Shown piece after piece: positions 1-8,780 of a DNA stretch of 64,000 nucleotides (the first letter of the stretch is position 1; each line of letters begins with the position of its first letter). Under the pieces are notes generated by a model, which saw only the letters and a list, made by a program, of their open reading frames with translations, made no database searches and was not told the DNA's origin. Source of the DNA: an uncultured Haloferula sp. (GTDB lineage Bacteria; Verrucomicrobiota; Verrucomicrobiia; Verrucomicrobiales; Akkermansiaceae); NCBI GenBank assembly GCA_965652295.1, contig CBFGTS010000010.1, forward strand, positions 64,001-128,000. Direction: 5' to 3'. Both the position numbers and the translations under genes were made by a program.

Positions 1-356
1 CCGATCCGGATGCCGAGGCGTTGCCGGGGATGACCTGGTTGATGATGTATGCGTTGGGCGGTGATCTCATTTCACCTCCACTCTCCGCGCTGCCTACCGC
101 GGGCTTTGCAAGTGATGTGGACGGGGAGCACCTGATCCTCAGCTATCGCCGCCGCAGTGACGCGACCCAGGTCGATTACGAAGTGGAAACCTCCACCAAT
201 CTCATCACCTGGCATTCCGGCGACGGCGTGGTGGAAATGGTCGGAACGCCTCAGGACAACGGCGATGGCACCGTGACGGACACGGTGCGCGTGGTGAGCC
301 CCGCAGTCGGCGAAGACGCGCGCTTCATCCGCCTGCGGGTGATTCTGGAAGAATGA
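1..356 (+). CDS. 3' end of a secreted/surface protein (partial, starts before the window); verrucomicrobial C-terminal beta module
   Basis: Frame is open from the window edge (DPDAEALPGMTWLMMYALGGD...). It ends LILSYRRR..DYEVETSTNLITW...RFIRLRV, a C-terminus typical of extracellular proteins of this lineage. Confidence 0.75.
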   Translation, partial: DPDAEALPGMTWLMMYALGGDLISPPLSALPTAGFASDVDGEHLILSYRRRSDATQVDYEVETSTNLITWHSGDGVVEMVGTPQDNGDGTVTDTVRVVSPAVGEDARFIRLRVILEE

Positions 357-360
357 ATAT

Positions 361-2403
361 TCAGAAGTTCCACGTGACCGAGGTATAGACGAAACGGCCG
401 GCGTTCGGGATCCGCGCACCGACCGCGACGTCACCTCCTGCGACGCGGTTGATGCCGCCGAGATGGTCGGCGTAGCGGTGGTCGAGGAGGTTTTCGACCC
501 CGGCTTCGACCCTCACGCCGTTCCCGAACCCGCGCACGGCGCGGAGGTGGAATACCGCATATCCGGGAGTTCGTGTCTCGCCATGAAGGCGGGACACACG
601 GTTCTGAGCGATGGCCCATTCGCACTCCAGGGACGCTTCCCAACGACGGTGTTCGTAGTCGATCGCCATCAGTCCGCTGAGAGGCGCGATCCGGTAGAGG
701 GGGTCTCCGGTTTCAACGTCGCGTCCCCGCACCCAGCTCCCATTCGACCTCAGGGTGAGGCGTTCTGAAAGGTCGGCCTGAAGTTGAATCTCCGCGCCGT
801 AGAGTTCGGCGCGATGGATGTTCTGGAACTGGAGAACCGGTCGGCCCGTGGAGTCGGTCCGCGTCGGGTGGGGCCGGCCTTCGATGTAGTCGCCGATGCT
901 TTGGTAAAACGGCGTGAAGGACGCCTCCCAGATTTCCTCCTCATGATGGAGGCCGAGGGAGAGGATGAACGCGCTTTCCGGATCGAGGTCGGGATTTCCG
1001 AGATAAGTGCGGCCATCGGCGAGGCCTGCGCTGGCGTTCGAGGGCGTGTAGAGGTAGCGCTCGACGAGCGAGGGCGCGCGGTTCTTCAGGCCGAGGGCGA
1101 GTTCGAGGCGGGTCGTCTCCGTTGCGTGCCAGCGGAGGGCGGCCGTGCCGTCGGTGAGCAGGTCGGAGTGATCGCGCCTGCCGGCGTTGAAAGCCGCGGC
1201 ATCGGCGGCGACGATCGGTCCGCCGAACTGGCTGCGGACTCGACCGGCGTCGGCTTCGACGATGTCGGCACGCAGGCCGAGCAGCGTCTCCCAACGCTCC
1301 GACCAAGGCTTTTCCCACTCCGCGAAGAGGCCGGTGCGGGTGCGGTGGCTGTCGCGGAAGGTGTCGCGAAAGAGGCCCGCCGCATTGACCTGGCGGGCTT
1401 CGAGTTCGGACCAGTGGAAGTCGATGCCGGTGCGCAGGATGCCGTCGGGCAGGTCGATCGCGGCACTACTAGAAAAACCGTAGTCGCGACTTTCTGCGGG
1501 GGCCTCCATCCGCATGGTGGCGGGGCGAAGGCTGAAGTTGTCCATGAGGTGCTCGATCTCATGGAAATAAAACCGGCTTTCCAGAGTGCCCCAGGCGAAA
1601 GCCTCCTTTTGCCGCAGGCCGAAGTGCCGGGAGTCGTCCCTCACCATGTCCATGGGAAGGACGGGGGTGCCGGCGTCACGGGTGGAGGAAACCCCGGCGT
1701 CGATCTCGATGAAGCCTCCACCGGTGCGCCATGATCCGATCCAGGTGTGGCGTTGGGAGCGGTAGCCACTGGCGCGCACGGTGCCGCCGGGGAAGCGGAG
1801 GTCGTCCGCATCGAACCATTCGCCACGGTATTCGCCGCGGACGCGTGCGTCGGTGGCGAAGAGACGTGCGGTGAAACCGGATGCATCGCGGTCGCCATGG
1901 AAGGATGCCCCGAGTCCGCCTCCCACGAGGGCCGTGGTGTTTTCGCCGAAAACGGGATCGGGTCGGGACAGGCGGATGGTGCCGGCAAGGGAGTCGCCGC
2001 CGGCGCTGACAGGAGAAACGCCGGCGAAGACCTCGATCCGGTCACCTGCCGCGGTCTGGGCGTAGTGAAGCGGCGGGTCCATGTGGTTCGGGCAGGCGGG
2101 GGTGATCGTGCGTCCATCGATCTGGACGCGGACGCGATCACCGGTGAGCCCGCGGATCTGGGCGAGGCCGGTCTGGGGACCGTTGTGGATGATGTCGACC
2201 TGGGGCAGTTCGCGGAACAGGTCGGCGCTGTTGGCGTGCGGGCCGCCGGAAGTTTCTCCGCTGGCAGAGGACCAGACGGGTGCGTCGGCCTCCACGAGGA
2301 GAGGTGCGAGCGCGCCCTCCGGCGGCTGGTCGGCGGCGGTGGTTGCGAGGATGGGAAAGCTCCCGAGGACAAGCAGGGGAGTAAACTTGAGAATGGAGAT
2401 CAT
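361..2403 (-). CDS. TonB-dependent receptor, OprC/NosA-like copper receptor
   Basis: Signal peptide MISILKFTPLLVLG; plug motif ACPNHMDPP and HLMDNFSLR resemble the OprC Cu-binding motifs; GNPDLDPE, ENLLDHRY and terminal Phe of a beta-barrel. Start moved to the ATG at 2403. Confidence 0.88.
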   Translation of the reverse strand: MISILKFTPLLVLGSFPILATTAADQPPEGALAPLLVEADAPVWSSASGETSGGPHANSADLFRELPQVDIIHNGPQTGLAQIRGLTGDRVRVQIDGRTITPACPNHMDPPLHYAQTAAGDRIEVFAGVSPVSAGGDSLAGTIRLSRPDPVFGENTTALVGGGLGASFHGDRDASGFTARLFATDARVRGEYRGEWFDADDLRFPGGTVRASGYRSQRHTWIGSWRTGGGFIEIDAGVSSTRDAGTPVLPMDMVRDDSRHFGLRQKEAFAWGTLESRFYFHEIEHLMDNFSLRPATMRMEAPAESRDYGFSSSAAIDLPDGILRTGIDFHWSELEARQVNAAGLFRDTFRDSHRTRTGLFAEWEKPWSERWETLLGLRADIVEADAGRVRSQFGGPIVAADAAAFNAGRRDHSDLLTDGTAALRWHATETTRLELALGLKNRAPSLVERYLYTPSNASAGLADGRTYLGNPDLDPESAFILSLGLHHEEEIWEASFTPFYQSIGDYIEGRPHPTRTDSTGRPVLQFQNIHRAELYGAEIQLQADLSERLTLRSNGSWVRGRDVETGDPLYRIAPLSGLMAIDYEHRRWEASLECEWAIAQNRVSRLHGETRTPGYAVFHLRAVRGFGNGVRVEAGVENLLDHRYADHLGGINRVAGGDVAVGARIPNAGRFVYTSVTWNF

Positions 2404-2545
2404 GATTTTGAAAAATGGAGATGGGTGGGCGCGCGGGAGAGACTCCACGCGGAGTGGGTGGCGCCGAGGTGGCGGAAGATCGACCGAATGAGAATCGGCC
2501 GCTGACGGAGGGCCCTGCCGGCGTGGCTGCGCGGGGGCGATGAAG

Positions 2546-2977
2546 TCAGGAAAGTCCGCGGGGCGGCGGCAGCTCGGGGCTGCATGGGCGCGAGCGCAGG
2601 CTGGCACTCGCCGTGGAGGAGCGGGGACACCAGGCCAGCCAGTTCGTCGGCGGAGGCGACAATTCGCCCGGATCCGGCCGATGGAGGGTTTCGAAAAGCA
2701 GGCGGATGCTGGAGCTCGGGTCGGATCCCGGCAGCGATGCGGAACTTTCGTGCCGTTGCTTTGCCAACGCCTGCGCCCTGAGGCAGAGCGGGCAGGGCCT
2801 TTCGCCGCTGAAGGTATCACGCACCCCCTGCACGACACCGTCTTCGGCGGAGTAACGAACCAGCATGGAAGCCCATGCGATGCCTTGGAGCAGGGCCGCC
2901 GGTCCTCCCGTCAGATGGACGCAGCCGAGTGCCACCAGAAGGTGGCACCACCAGCCTTTGAACGCGCGGCGGAGCAT
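2546..2977 (-). CDS. DUF2946-like upstream ORF / candidate metal-sensing leader peptide (143 aa)
   Basis: Hydrophobic N-terminus, LLQGIAWASML..TFSGERPCPLC (CxxC) and Pro-rich C-terminus SPELPPPRGLS; lies directly upstream of the TonB receptor on the same strand. Confidence 0.7.
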   Translation of the reverse strand: MLRRAFKGWWCHLLVALGCVHLTGGPAALLQGIAWASMLVRYSAEDGVVQGVRDTFSGERPCPLCLRAQALAKQRHESSASLPGSDPSSSIRLLFETLHRPDPGELSPPPTNWLAWCPRSSTASASLRSRPCSPELPPPRGLS

Positions 2978-3079
2978 CGGAGGGACCGTGTGCCGGTCGT
3001 GGAGGCAGCGGCAAGCGGCCTCCGTGTCTGCACGGGTGTTTCCGTTTGCGCGCCCCGGGCTTCCGAAACACGTTCCGGC

Positions 3080-4384
3080 ATGGACAATCTCACCGCGGCG
3101 CGGGCGACGATGGCCTTCTCGCTGGGCTTTCATATCATCTTCGCTGCGATCGGAATGGTGATGCCGTTCCTGATGTGTGCGGCACATTATCTGCACTTGA
3201 AGGGAAGGAAGGGCCCTTATCTGGAGCTGACGAAGATGTGGATGCGTGGGGTGGCGATCCTGTTCGCGGTCGGCGCGGTTTCCGGGACGGTGCTCTCGTT
3301 CGAACTCGGCCTGCTGTGGCCTGCGTTCATGGAGCACGCCGGCCCGATCATCGGCATGCCGTTCTCCTGGGAAGGCACTGCGTTTTTCATCGAGGCGGTG
3401 GCGATCGGGCTCTTCCTCTACGGCTGGGACCGGATGAAGCCCTGGGTGCACTGGAGCACCGGGCTGGTGGTGGGGATCTCCGGCTTTCTCTCGGGGATCT
3501 TTGTGGTGGCGGCGAACTCATGGATGAACGCGCCGGCGGGCTTCGAGTGGGTGAAAGGGGAAGCGCGGAACGTCGATCCGGTGGCGGCGATGTTCAACGA
3601 AGCCTGGCTGCACCAGACCATCCATATGCAGGTGGGCGCCGTGCAGGCAGTGGGTTTTGCGGTCGGAGGGGTGCACGCCTTGCTCTACCTGAAGGGCCGC
3701 GCGCCGGAGCTGAACCTGAAGGCGATGAAGATCGCGATGGTCTTCGGGGCCACGGCGGCGATCGTGCAGCCGATGGTCGGGCACTTCGCCGGGGAGCGCG
3801 TGGCGGAGCTCCAGCCGGCCAAGCTGGCGGCGATCGAGGGCCATTTCAAGACGGCGAGCCACGCGCCGCTGACGCTCGGCGGCATCCCGGACGAGGAAAC
3901 GCAGACGATGAAATGGGGGATCGAGATCCCGGGTGCCCTCAGCATCCTCGCCCACCGCGACCCGGCGGCGGAAGTGATCGGATTGGACCGTTTTCCGAAA
4001 GAAGACTGGCCGCCGGTGCTGATCGTTCACGTGGCGTTCCAGATCATGGTCGCGCTGGGGATGCTGATGGCTCTGCTGGCGGTTCTGTACTTCTGGTTTC
4101 TGCGAAAGGGCCGCTTTCCCCGCGGCTTCCTGTGGGCGCTGGCGTTGGCGACGCCGCTGGGGATGCTGGCGATCGAGGCGGGCTGGGTGGTCACGGAGGT
4201 CGGACGCCAACCGTGGATCATCTACGAGGTCCTTCGTACTGAGGACGGGGTCACGCCGGTCCCGGGCATGGTTTATCATTTCGGGCTGTTCCTCATCCTC
4301 TACCTCGGTCTTGCCGGGGTGACGGCGTGGCTCTTCGCGCGGCAGATCCGGGTGACCCAACGGAAAGTGGAGGAGGCATCATGA
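3080..4384 (+). CDS. cydA: Cytochrome bd ubiquinol oxidase subunit I (short Q-loop)
   Basis: FSLGFHIIFAAIG, FAVGAVSGT, QPAKLAAIEG and EVGRQPW motifs; start at MDNLT. Confidence 0.95.
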   Translation: MDNLTAARATMAFSLGFHIIFAAIGMVMPFLMCAAHYLHLKGRKGPYLELTKMWMRGVAILFAVGAVSGTVLSFELGLLWPAFMEHAGPIIGMPFSWEGTAFFIEAVAIGLFLYGWDRMKPWVHWSTGLVVGISGFLSGIFVVAANSWMNAPAGFEWVKGEARNVDPVAAMFNEAWLHQTIHMQVGAVQAVGFAVGGVHALLYLKGRAPELNLKAMKIAMVFGATAAIVQPMVGHFAGERVAELQPAKLAAIEGHFKTASHAPLTLGGIPDEETQTMKWGIEIPGALSILAHRDPAAEVIGLDRFPKEDWPPVLIVHVAFQIMVALGMLMALLAVLYFWFLRKGRFPRGFLWALALATPLGMLAIEAGWVVTEVGRQPWIIYEVLRTEDGVTPVPGMVYHFGLFLILYLGLAGVTAWLFARQIRVTQRKVEEAS

Positions 4385-5400
4385 TCGAGATCCTCGTTTT
4401 CTTCATCGCGGCCTCGCTGCTGCTCTACATCCTGCTCGGTGGATCGGACTTCGGCGCGGGGATCATGGAGCTGCTGCCGGCGGGCGACCTGAGAGAGAAG
4501 CAGAAGAAAGTCATCAACCATGCCATGGGTCCGGTGTGGGAGGCGAACCACATCTGGCTGATCCTGATCGTGGTGATCCTCTTCATGGGATTCCCCCGGG
4601 TCTTCACGGTGCTGATGGTCTCGCTGCATCTGCCGATGCTGGCGTTGCTGCTGGGGGTGGTGGTGCGTGGGACGATGTTCACGTTCCGCCACTACGACTC
4701 GATCCAGACACCGCGCAGCCAGGGTGCCTACACGTGGATGTTTGGGCTTTCGAGCCTGTGGACGGCGGTGTGGCTGGGGATCATCGCGGCCAGCCTGAAC
4801 CGGGGTGTGATCGATCCGCAGGCGGTGGAGGTCTGGGATGCCTACTTTGCGCCGTGGTGGGGCTGGTATCCGCTGGCGGTCGGGCTTTTCGTGCCCTGCA
4901 TCTTCGCCTTCCTCGCCTGCGTGTTCCTCATCGGCGAAACGGAGGATGGAACGCTGCGCGAGCGGTTCCGCCGGCGCGGCGCGGCTTTCAATGGGGCGGT
5001 GATCGTGACCGGCGGGCTGGTCTTCCTCAGCTCGCTCGGTGAGGAGGTCAGCCTGGCCCGTCAGTTCGTGCGCCACCCGTTGGCGATTGCGGCGATGGTG
5101 CTGGCGACGGCGCTGTTCGTCATGCTGTGGTTCTTTGTCGCGCGGCGGCGGGTGATGCTCGCGCGGGTGGTGGCGTCCGGCCAGGTCGTGCTGATCCTGC
5201 TCGGCTGGTGGCTGCTCTATGCGCCGAATGCGGCGATCACCCGCGCGGGGCCGATGAGTTTCTACGCCGAGGCCGCGCCGGAAGCGACGCAGCGCCAGCT
5301 CGTGATCGCACTACTGGTGGGCAGCCTGTTCATCTTCCCGAGCCTGGTGTTTCTGCTGCGGGTCTTCAAAGCCGGGCCGCCGGGGCGGAAGCGGCTCTGA
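4381..5400 (+). CDS. cydB: Cytochrome bd ubiquinol oxidase subunit II
   Basis: GGSDFGAG and PVWEANHIWLI motifs; ATGA overlap with the cydA stop; multi-pass membrane protein. Confidence 0.93.
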   Translation: MIEILVFFIAASLLLYILLGGSDFGAGIMELLPAGDLREKQKKVINHAMGPVWEANHIWLILIVVILFMGFPRVFTVLMVSLHLPMLALLLGVVVRGTMFTFRHYDSIQTPRSQGAYTWMFGLSSLWTAVWLGIIAASLNRGVIDPQAVEVWDAYFAPWWGWYPLAVGLFVPCIFAFLACVFLIGETEDGTLRERFRRRGAAFNGAVIVTGGLVFLSSLGEEVSLARQFVRHPLAIAAMVLATALFVMLWFFVARRRVMLARVVASGQVVLILLGWWLLYAPNAAITRAGPMSFYAEAAPEATQRQLVIALLVGSLFIFPSLVFLLRVFKAGPPGRKRL

Positions 5401-5404
5401 GCAC

Positions 5405-5720
5405 GGGGCGATCAAGCCAGGGAGGATCATGGGCACCAGTCATTCCGATTTCCCCGCAGATGAGCTGATGCAGGCATCCACGTCCGGAGCTGCCTTTTTC
5501 AATCACGGAGCAGCGGAGGTTTACGGAGGTCACGGAGAAAGGCAGGGTGAGAGCTTTCCCGGCTCCGTGGCCTCCGTCTTCCTCAGTATCTCCTGCCAGC
5601 AAGAATGCCGATCCGACCGGAAACCCCCGCGAAGTCTTCTGAGGACGAGCGGTGAATGAAACCACATCGGTGTTCATCCCCTGCATCTGCGGTTCTCTCC
5701 CTTCCTAGCTTGATCGCCCT
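5405..5720. mobile_element. MITE-like non-autonomous element with TIRs and a 12-bp target-site duplication
   Basis: GGGCGATCAAGCCAGGGAG (5406-5424) pairs with CTTCCTAGCTTGATCGCCC (5701-5719), 2 mismatches. Direct repeat GGCTCTGAGCAC at 5393-5404 and 5721-5732. Nested internal inverted repeats. Confidence 0.7.
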
Positions 5721-5780
5721 GGCTCTGAGCACGGGATTTGCGGCTTGGCAGCGGCGGCGGGCGGTGGCTGTCTCCGCGCC

Positions 5781-6470
5781 GTGAGCGAAACGGCACCGAT
5801 CCCTGCGAGAGAAGCCCCATGGAAGGCGGGCGTCCGCGCGGCGAGGGCGAACCTGGTGCCGGGGTTGATCGTGCAGCTGGCCATGATCGGCCTGCTGGTG
5901 TGCTACTACATTTCTCCGGGCTTCCAGGAGTTCCTCGGCCGGCTGGCGGAGATCAAGGAAAGCTGGGGATGGAGCTACAGCGCGCTTTCCGGGGTGGTCG
6001 CCGGGGGAGTATTGCCGGAGCTGATGCGGATCGGCGTTTTCCAGCGCGGCAGGGTCCGCCGCTCGAATTTCAGCGAGTTGGTTTTCGCGATTCCGTTCTG
6101 GGGCTTCATGGGCACGGTGGTGGATTTCTTTTACCGGCTCCAAGCGCTGTGGTTCGGCGATGAGGCGACGGTCGCCGCGGTGGTGCCGCAGGTGCTGGTG
6201 GATCAGTTTCTCTATAACCCGCTCTTCGCCGCGCCGTTCACCGTGTGGCTCTACGCGTGGAAAAATCGGGGATACCGCTGGCACGCGCGTTTTTTCACCG
6301 CCGCCTACTATCGGGAGCGCGTGGTGCCGGCCCTGATCGCGACCTGGGGCGTGTGGATTCCGATCGTCACCGTCCTCTACACGCTGCCCGAGCCGGTGCA
6401 GATCCCGATGTTCTCGCTGGCGCTTTCGCTGTGGGTGATGATCTACAGCTGGATGTCGCGCGAAGAGTAG
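5781..6470 (+). CDS. Mpv17/PMP22-like integral membrane protein
   Basis: VLVDQFLYNPLF...TWGVWIP..LYTLPEPVQIP pattern; several TM helices; GTG start is an estimate. Confidence 0.6.
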   Translation: MSETAPIPAREAPWKAGVRAARANLVPGLIVQLAMIGLLVCYYISPGFQEFLGRLAEIKESWGWSYSALSGVVAGGVLPELMRIGVFQRGRVRRSNFSELVFAIPFWGFMGTVVDFFYRLQALWFGDEATVAAVVPQVLVDQFLYNPLFAAPFTVWLYAWKNRGYRWHARFFTAAYYRERVVPALIATWGVWIPIVTVLYTLPEPVQIPMFSLALSLWVMIYSWMSREE

Positions 6471-6473
6471 TCA

Positions 6474-7259
6474 TCAGCCGCGGTCGTAGTGCGAAAACCG
6501 ATCCCGCCGCTGGTCCTGTTTTTCCGAAACCCGGCGGAAGGGAGTGTCCGGCTCCGTCTTCATCCCGAGCCGGGCAATGACACCCGCCACCAGCCCGGCG
6601 ATGAAACCGCCGATGTGGGCGGCGTAGGCCACACCGCCGGTTTGTTCCGAGGCCATGATCTGTCCGCCGCCGTTGATGAATTGCAGCGCGATCCACAGAC
6701 CGAGCACCAGGACCGCCGGTAGCGAAACCATGCGGAAGAAGATGATGCAATGGACGCGGTTGGTCGGGAAAAGCACCATGTAGGCACCGAGGATTCCGGA
6801 GATCGCGCCCGAAGCTCCGAGGGTGGGAATGATGCTGTCGGGATCCACCGCGATCTGGGCGGCACTCGCTGCGAGGCCGCTGATCAGGTAGAACAACAGG
6901 AACCGGACCGCCCCGAAGCGGTGCTCCACGTTGTCGCCGAAGATCCAGAGGTAGAGCATGTTGCCCCCGAGGTGCGCCCAGCCTCCGTGCATGAACATCG
7001 CACTGAACAGGGTGAGATGGACCGGCACGGGTCCGGGCTCGTGCCGGATCGATATCTGCTGCCCGCCGAGTGTCGCGGTGACATCGCCCACCAAATCGCT
7101 GCCGCTCGTGATTTCCGCCGGCACCGCGCTGAAACCGTAGGAGAACCCCGGGTTCAGATACTGGTAGATGAAAATCGCCACGTTCGCCAGAAGCACGACG
7201 ATCGTCACCCATGCCGGGCTGACGAGATCACGATCGTTGTCACTGATCGGGAAAAACAT
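6474..7259 (-). CDS. Rhomboid family intramembrane serine protease
   Basis: MFMHGGWAHLGGNMLYLWIFGDNVE, GASGA catalytic Ser and AHIGG catalytic His. Confidence 0.93.
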   Translation of the reverse strand: MFFPISDNDRDLVSPAWVTIVVLLANVAIFIYQYLNPGFSYGFSAVPAEITSGSDLVGDVTATLGGQQISIRHEPGPVPVHLTLFSAMFMHGGWAHLGGNMLYLWIFGDNVEHRFGAVRFLLFYLISGLAASAAQIAVDPDSIIPTLGASGAISGILGAYMVLFPTNRVHCIIFFRMVSLPAVLVLGLWIALQFINGGGQIMASEQTGGVAYAAHIGGFIAGLVAGVIARLGMKTEPDTPFRRVSEKQDQRRDRFSHYDRG

Positions 7260-7293
7260 GGCGGAAGCTTACCGGTGGATCGGAGCGCGACGA

Positions 7294-7326
7294 CAACAAA
7301 CGGCCGGCTCCTTGAGGAGCCGGCCG
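7294..7326 (-). terminator. Intrinsic terminator of the upstream lipoprotein gene
   Basis: 11-bp stem CGGCCGGCTCC/GGAGCCGGCCG followed by TTTGTTG on the minus strand. Confidence 0.6.
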
Positions 7327-7357
7327 CCGGTTCATCTACCTGCCATGCAAAAGGTGG

Positions 7358-7825
7358 TTAGAAGGGGCTGGTGACGACCATGTAACCTTCCCCGCGCGGA
7401 CGGTAATAGGTATCACCTGCCACGTAGTAGCGCGTGCCCCGATGGGTGACGATGCGGTAACGTTCGGGGAGCCTCTGGACGTAGGCGTTATCCCGGCGGC
7501 GGTCGCTGCGGCGGTCCTGCCAATTGTCGATGCCGTCATGGTCGCGATCGCCATGGGGGCCGCTGTGGCGGTGGGCCCGTTGGGGGTGTTCGACCACCAC
7601 GTAGCGGTTCCCGCGGGGACGGTAGTAGGTGTCGTTGTAGCTGTAGTAGGTGGTCCCGCCGATATCGATGGTGGTGTAGCCGGAAGGCAGGGTATCGATC
7701 ACGTAGCCCGGCTCGTAGGTGGTGGTGGTGACGCTGGCGCTGCCGTAGTAGGGATCGACGCAGCTGCTGAGGGCCAGGGCGGCGCCTGCGGCCGCCAGGC
7801 TGGTGAAGAGAGAGTTCGGTTTCAT
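7358..7825 (-). CDS. Small lipoprotein with two Tyr-rich repeats (DUF6515-like)
   Basis: Lipobox LSSC; repeated LP..Y....G..YY....TYYRPRG..Y.VV unit. Confidence 0.7.
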   Translation of the reverse strand: MKPNSLFTSLAAAGAALALSSCVDPYYGSASVTTTTYEPGYVIDTLPSGYTTIDIGGTTYYSYNDTYYRPRGNRYVVVEHPQRAHRHSGPHGDRDHDGIDNWQDRRSDRRRDNAYVQRLPERYRIVTHRGTRYYVAGDTYYRPRGEGYMVVTSPF

Positions 7826-8153
7826 GGGATCAAGAGGTTTGAGTGAGACCGGCTTCGGCCGGGTGGAGGGGTTGGTGTCGCAGGAAGTGGTCCGGAAGCT
7901 CGGATTTTCATGTAAGGTTCTGGAGGATAGTAACTTGCAGAGGGTGTTTCTGCTTCCTCCAGCGGTGGGATTCATGCAAAGCGCAAGCATGACCCGTTGC
8001 TCGGTGCACGTTTGTCGGCCGTCGGCGCGGGCAGTCGCCGGATCGTGCGGGAGGCCTTGCCCGCCCGCCGGAATTTCGGGTGAGACTTCTGCGCGAAAGG
8101 CGTGATTCCGGCGTTGCGGGTCCGGGCCGAGCGCGTCAGCTTCCCGGCCTCCT

Positions 8154-8696
8154 ATGGAACACATTCCGTCTGAAACGCTTCAAAAAGTCATCGCTCTCCG
8201 GGAAGCCAACGGCCTCGAAGCCACGGCAGAGGCTCTTTACGAAGACCTCGCCAAGAGCAAGTGCAAGTGGACCCTCACCGAGACGCCGCGTTACCGTCGC
8301 GCCGGCAAGTCGCCGATCTACATCTCGGGCAAATACCTCACGGCGGTCGGCGTGTGCCCGGCGACCGGCGAGAAGGATGAAGGCCGCAAGGGTGCTGCCG
8401 CCCGGACGCCGCGTGCCGCATCGACCCCGGCTGCCGGGGCGAAGTCGGAGGCCAAGATCGACGAAACCGTGTTTTACAAGGTTCTCCACGGTCGCGGGTT
8501 TCCGGTGAAAATCACCCAGGATCTCCTGACCGGTGAGCTGGAAACGCAGTTGCCGACTTCGATCACGCAGCTGGGCCTGAAGTTCGCGCCGATTCCGCAG
8601 AACGCGTCCGACATCCACATCACCCAGACTTCGCCGCAGGTTCAGGTGGCGATGCCGCTCGACAAGTTCCTGGAGCTGGCGGGGATCAAGGCCTGA
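8154..8696 (+). CDS. Hypothetical cytoplasmic protein (180 aa)
   Basis: Codon usage typical of the window's genes; followed by a strong terminator; no family recognised. Confidence 0.75.
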   Translation: MEHIPSETLQKVIALREANGLEATAEALYEDLAKSKCKWTLTETPRYRRAGKSPIYISGKYLTAVGVCPATGEKDEGRKGAAARTPRAASTPAAGAKSEAKIDETVFYKVLHGRGFPVKITQDLLTGELETQLPTSITQLGLKFAPIPQNASDIHITQTSPQVQVAMPLDKFLELAGIKA

Positions 8697-8722
8697 GAAC
8701 GGCCGGATCAAGGTTTTTAACG

Positions 8723-8754
8723 GCGGTCCGTTCACGCGAACGGACCGCTTTTTT
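8723..8754 (+). terminator. Intrinsic terminator
   Basis: GCGGTCCGTTC-ACGC-GAACGGACCGC followed by TTTTTT. Confidence 0.85.
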
Positions 8755-8780
8755 CAAGGGGAAAGCCGCCGACCTCGCAG

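Noticed and set aside
2540..3079. N-terminal extensions of the cydA and TonB receptor ORF calls
   Set aside because: They overlap the DUF2946-like ORF; homology and signal peptide begin at 3080 (cydA) and 2403 (receptor).
5429..5659. 76-aa ORF within the MITE-like element
   Set aside because: No motif, and it lies in a repeat-structured non-coding element.
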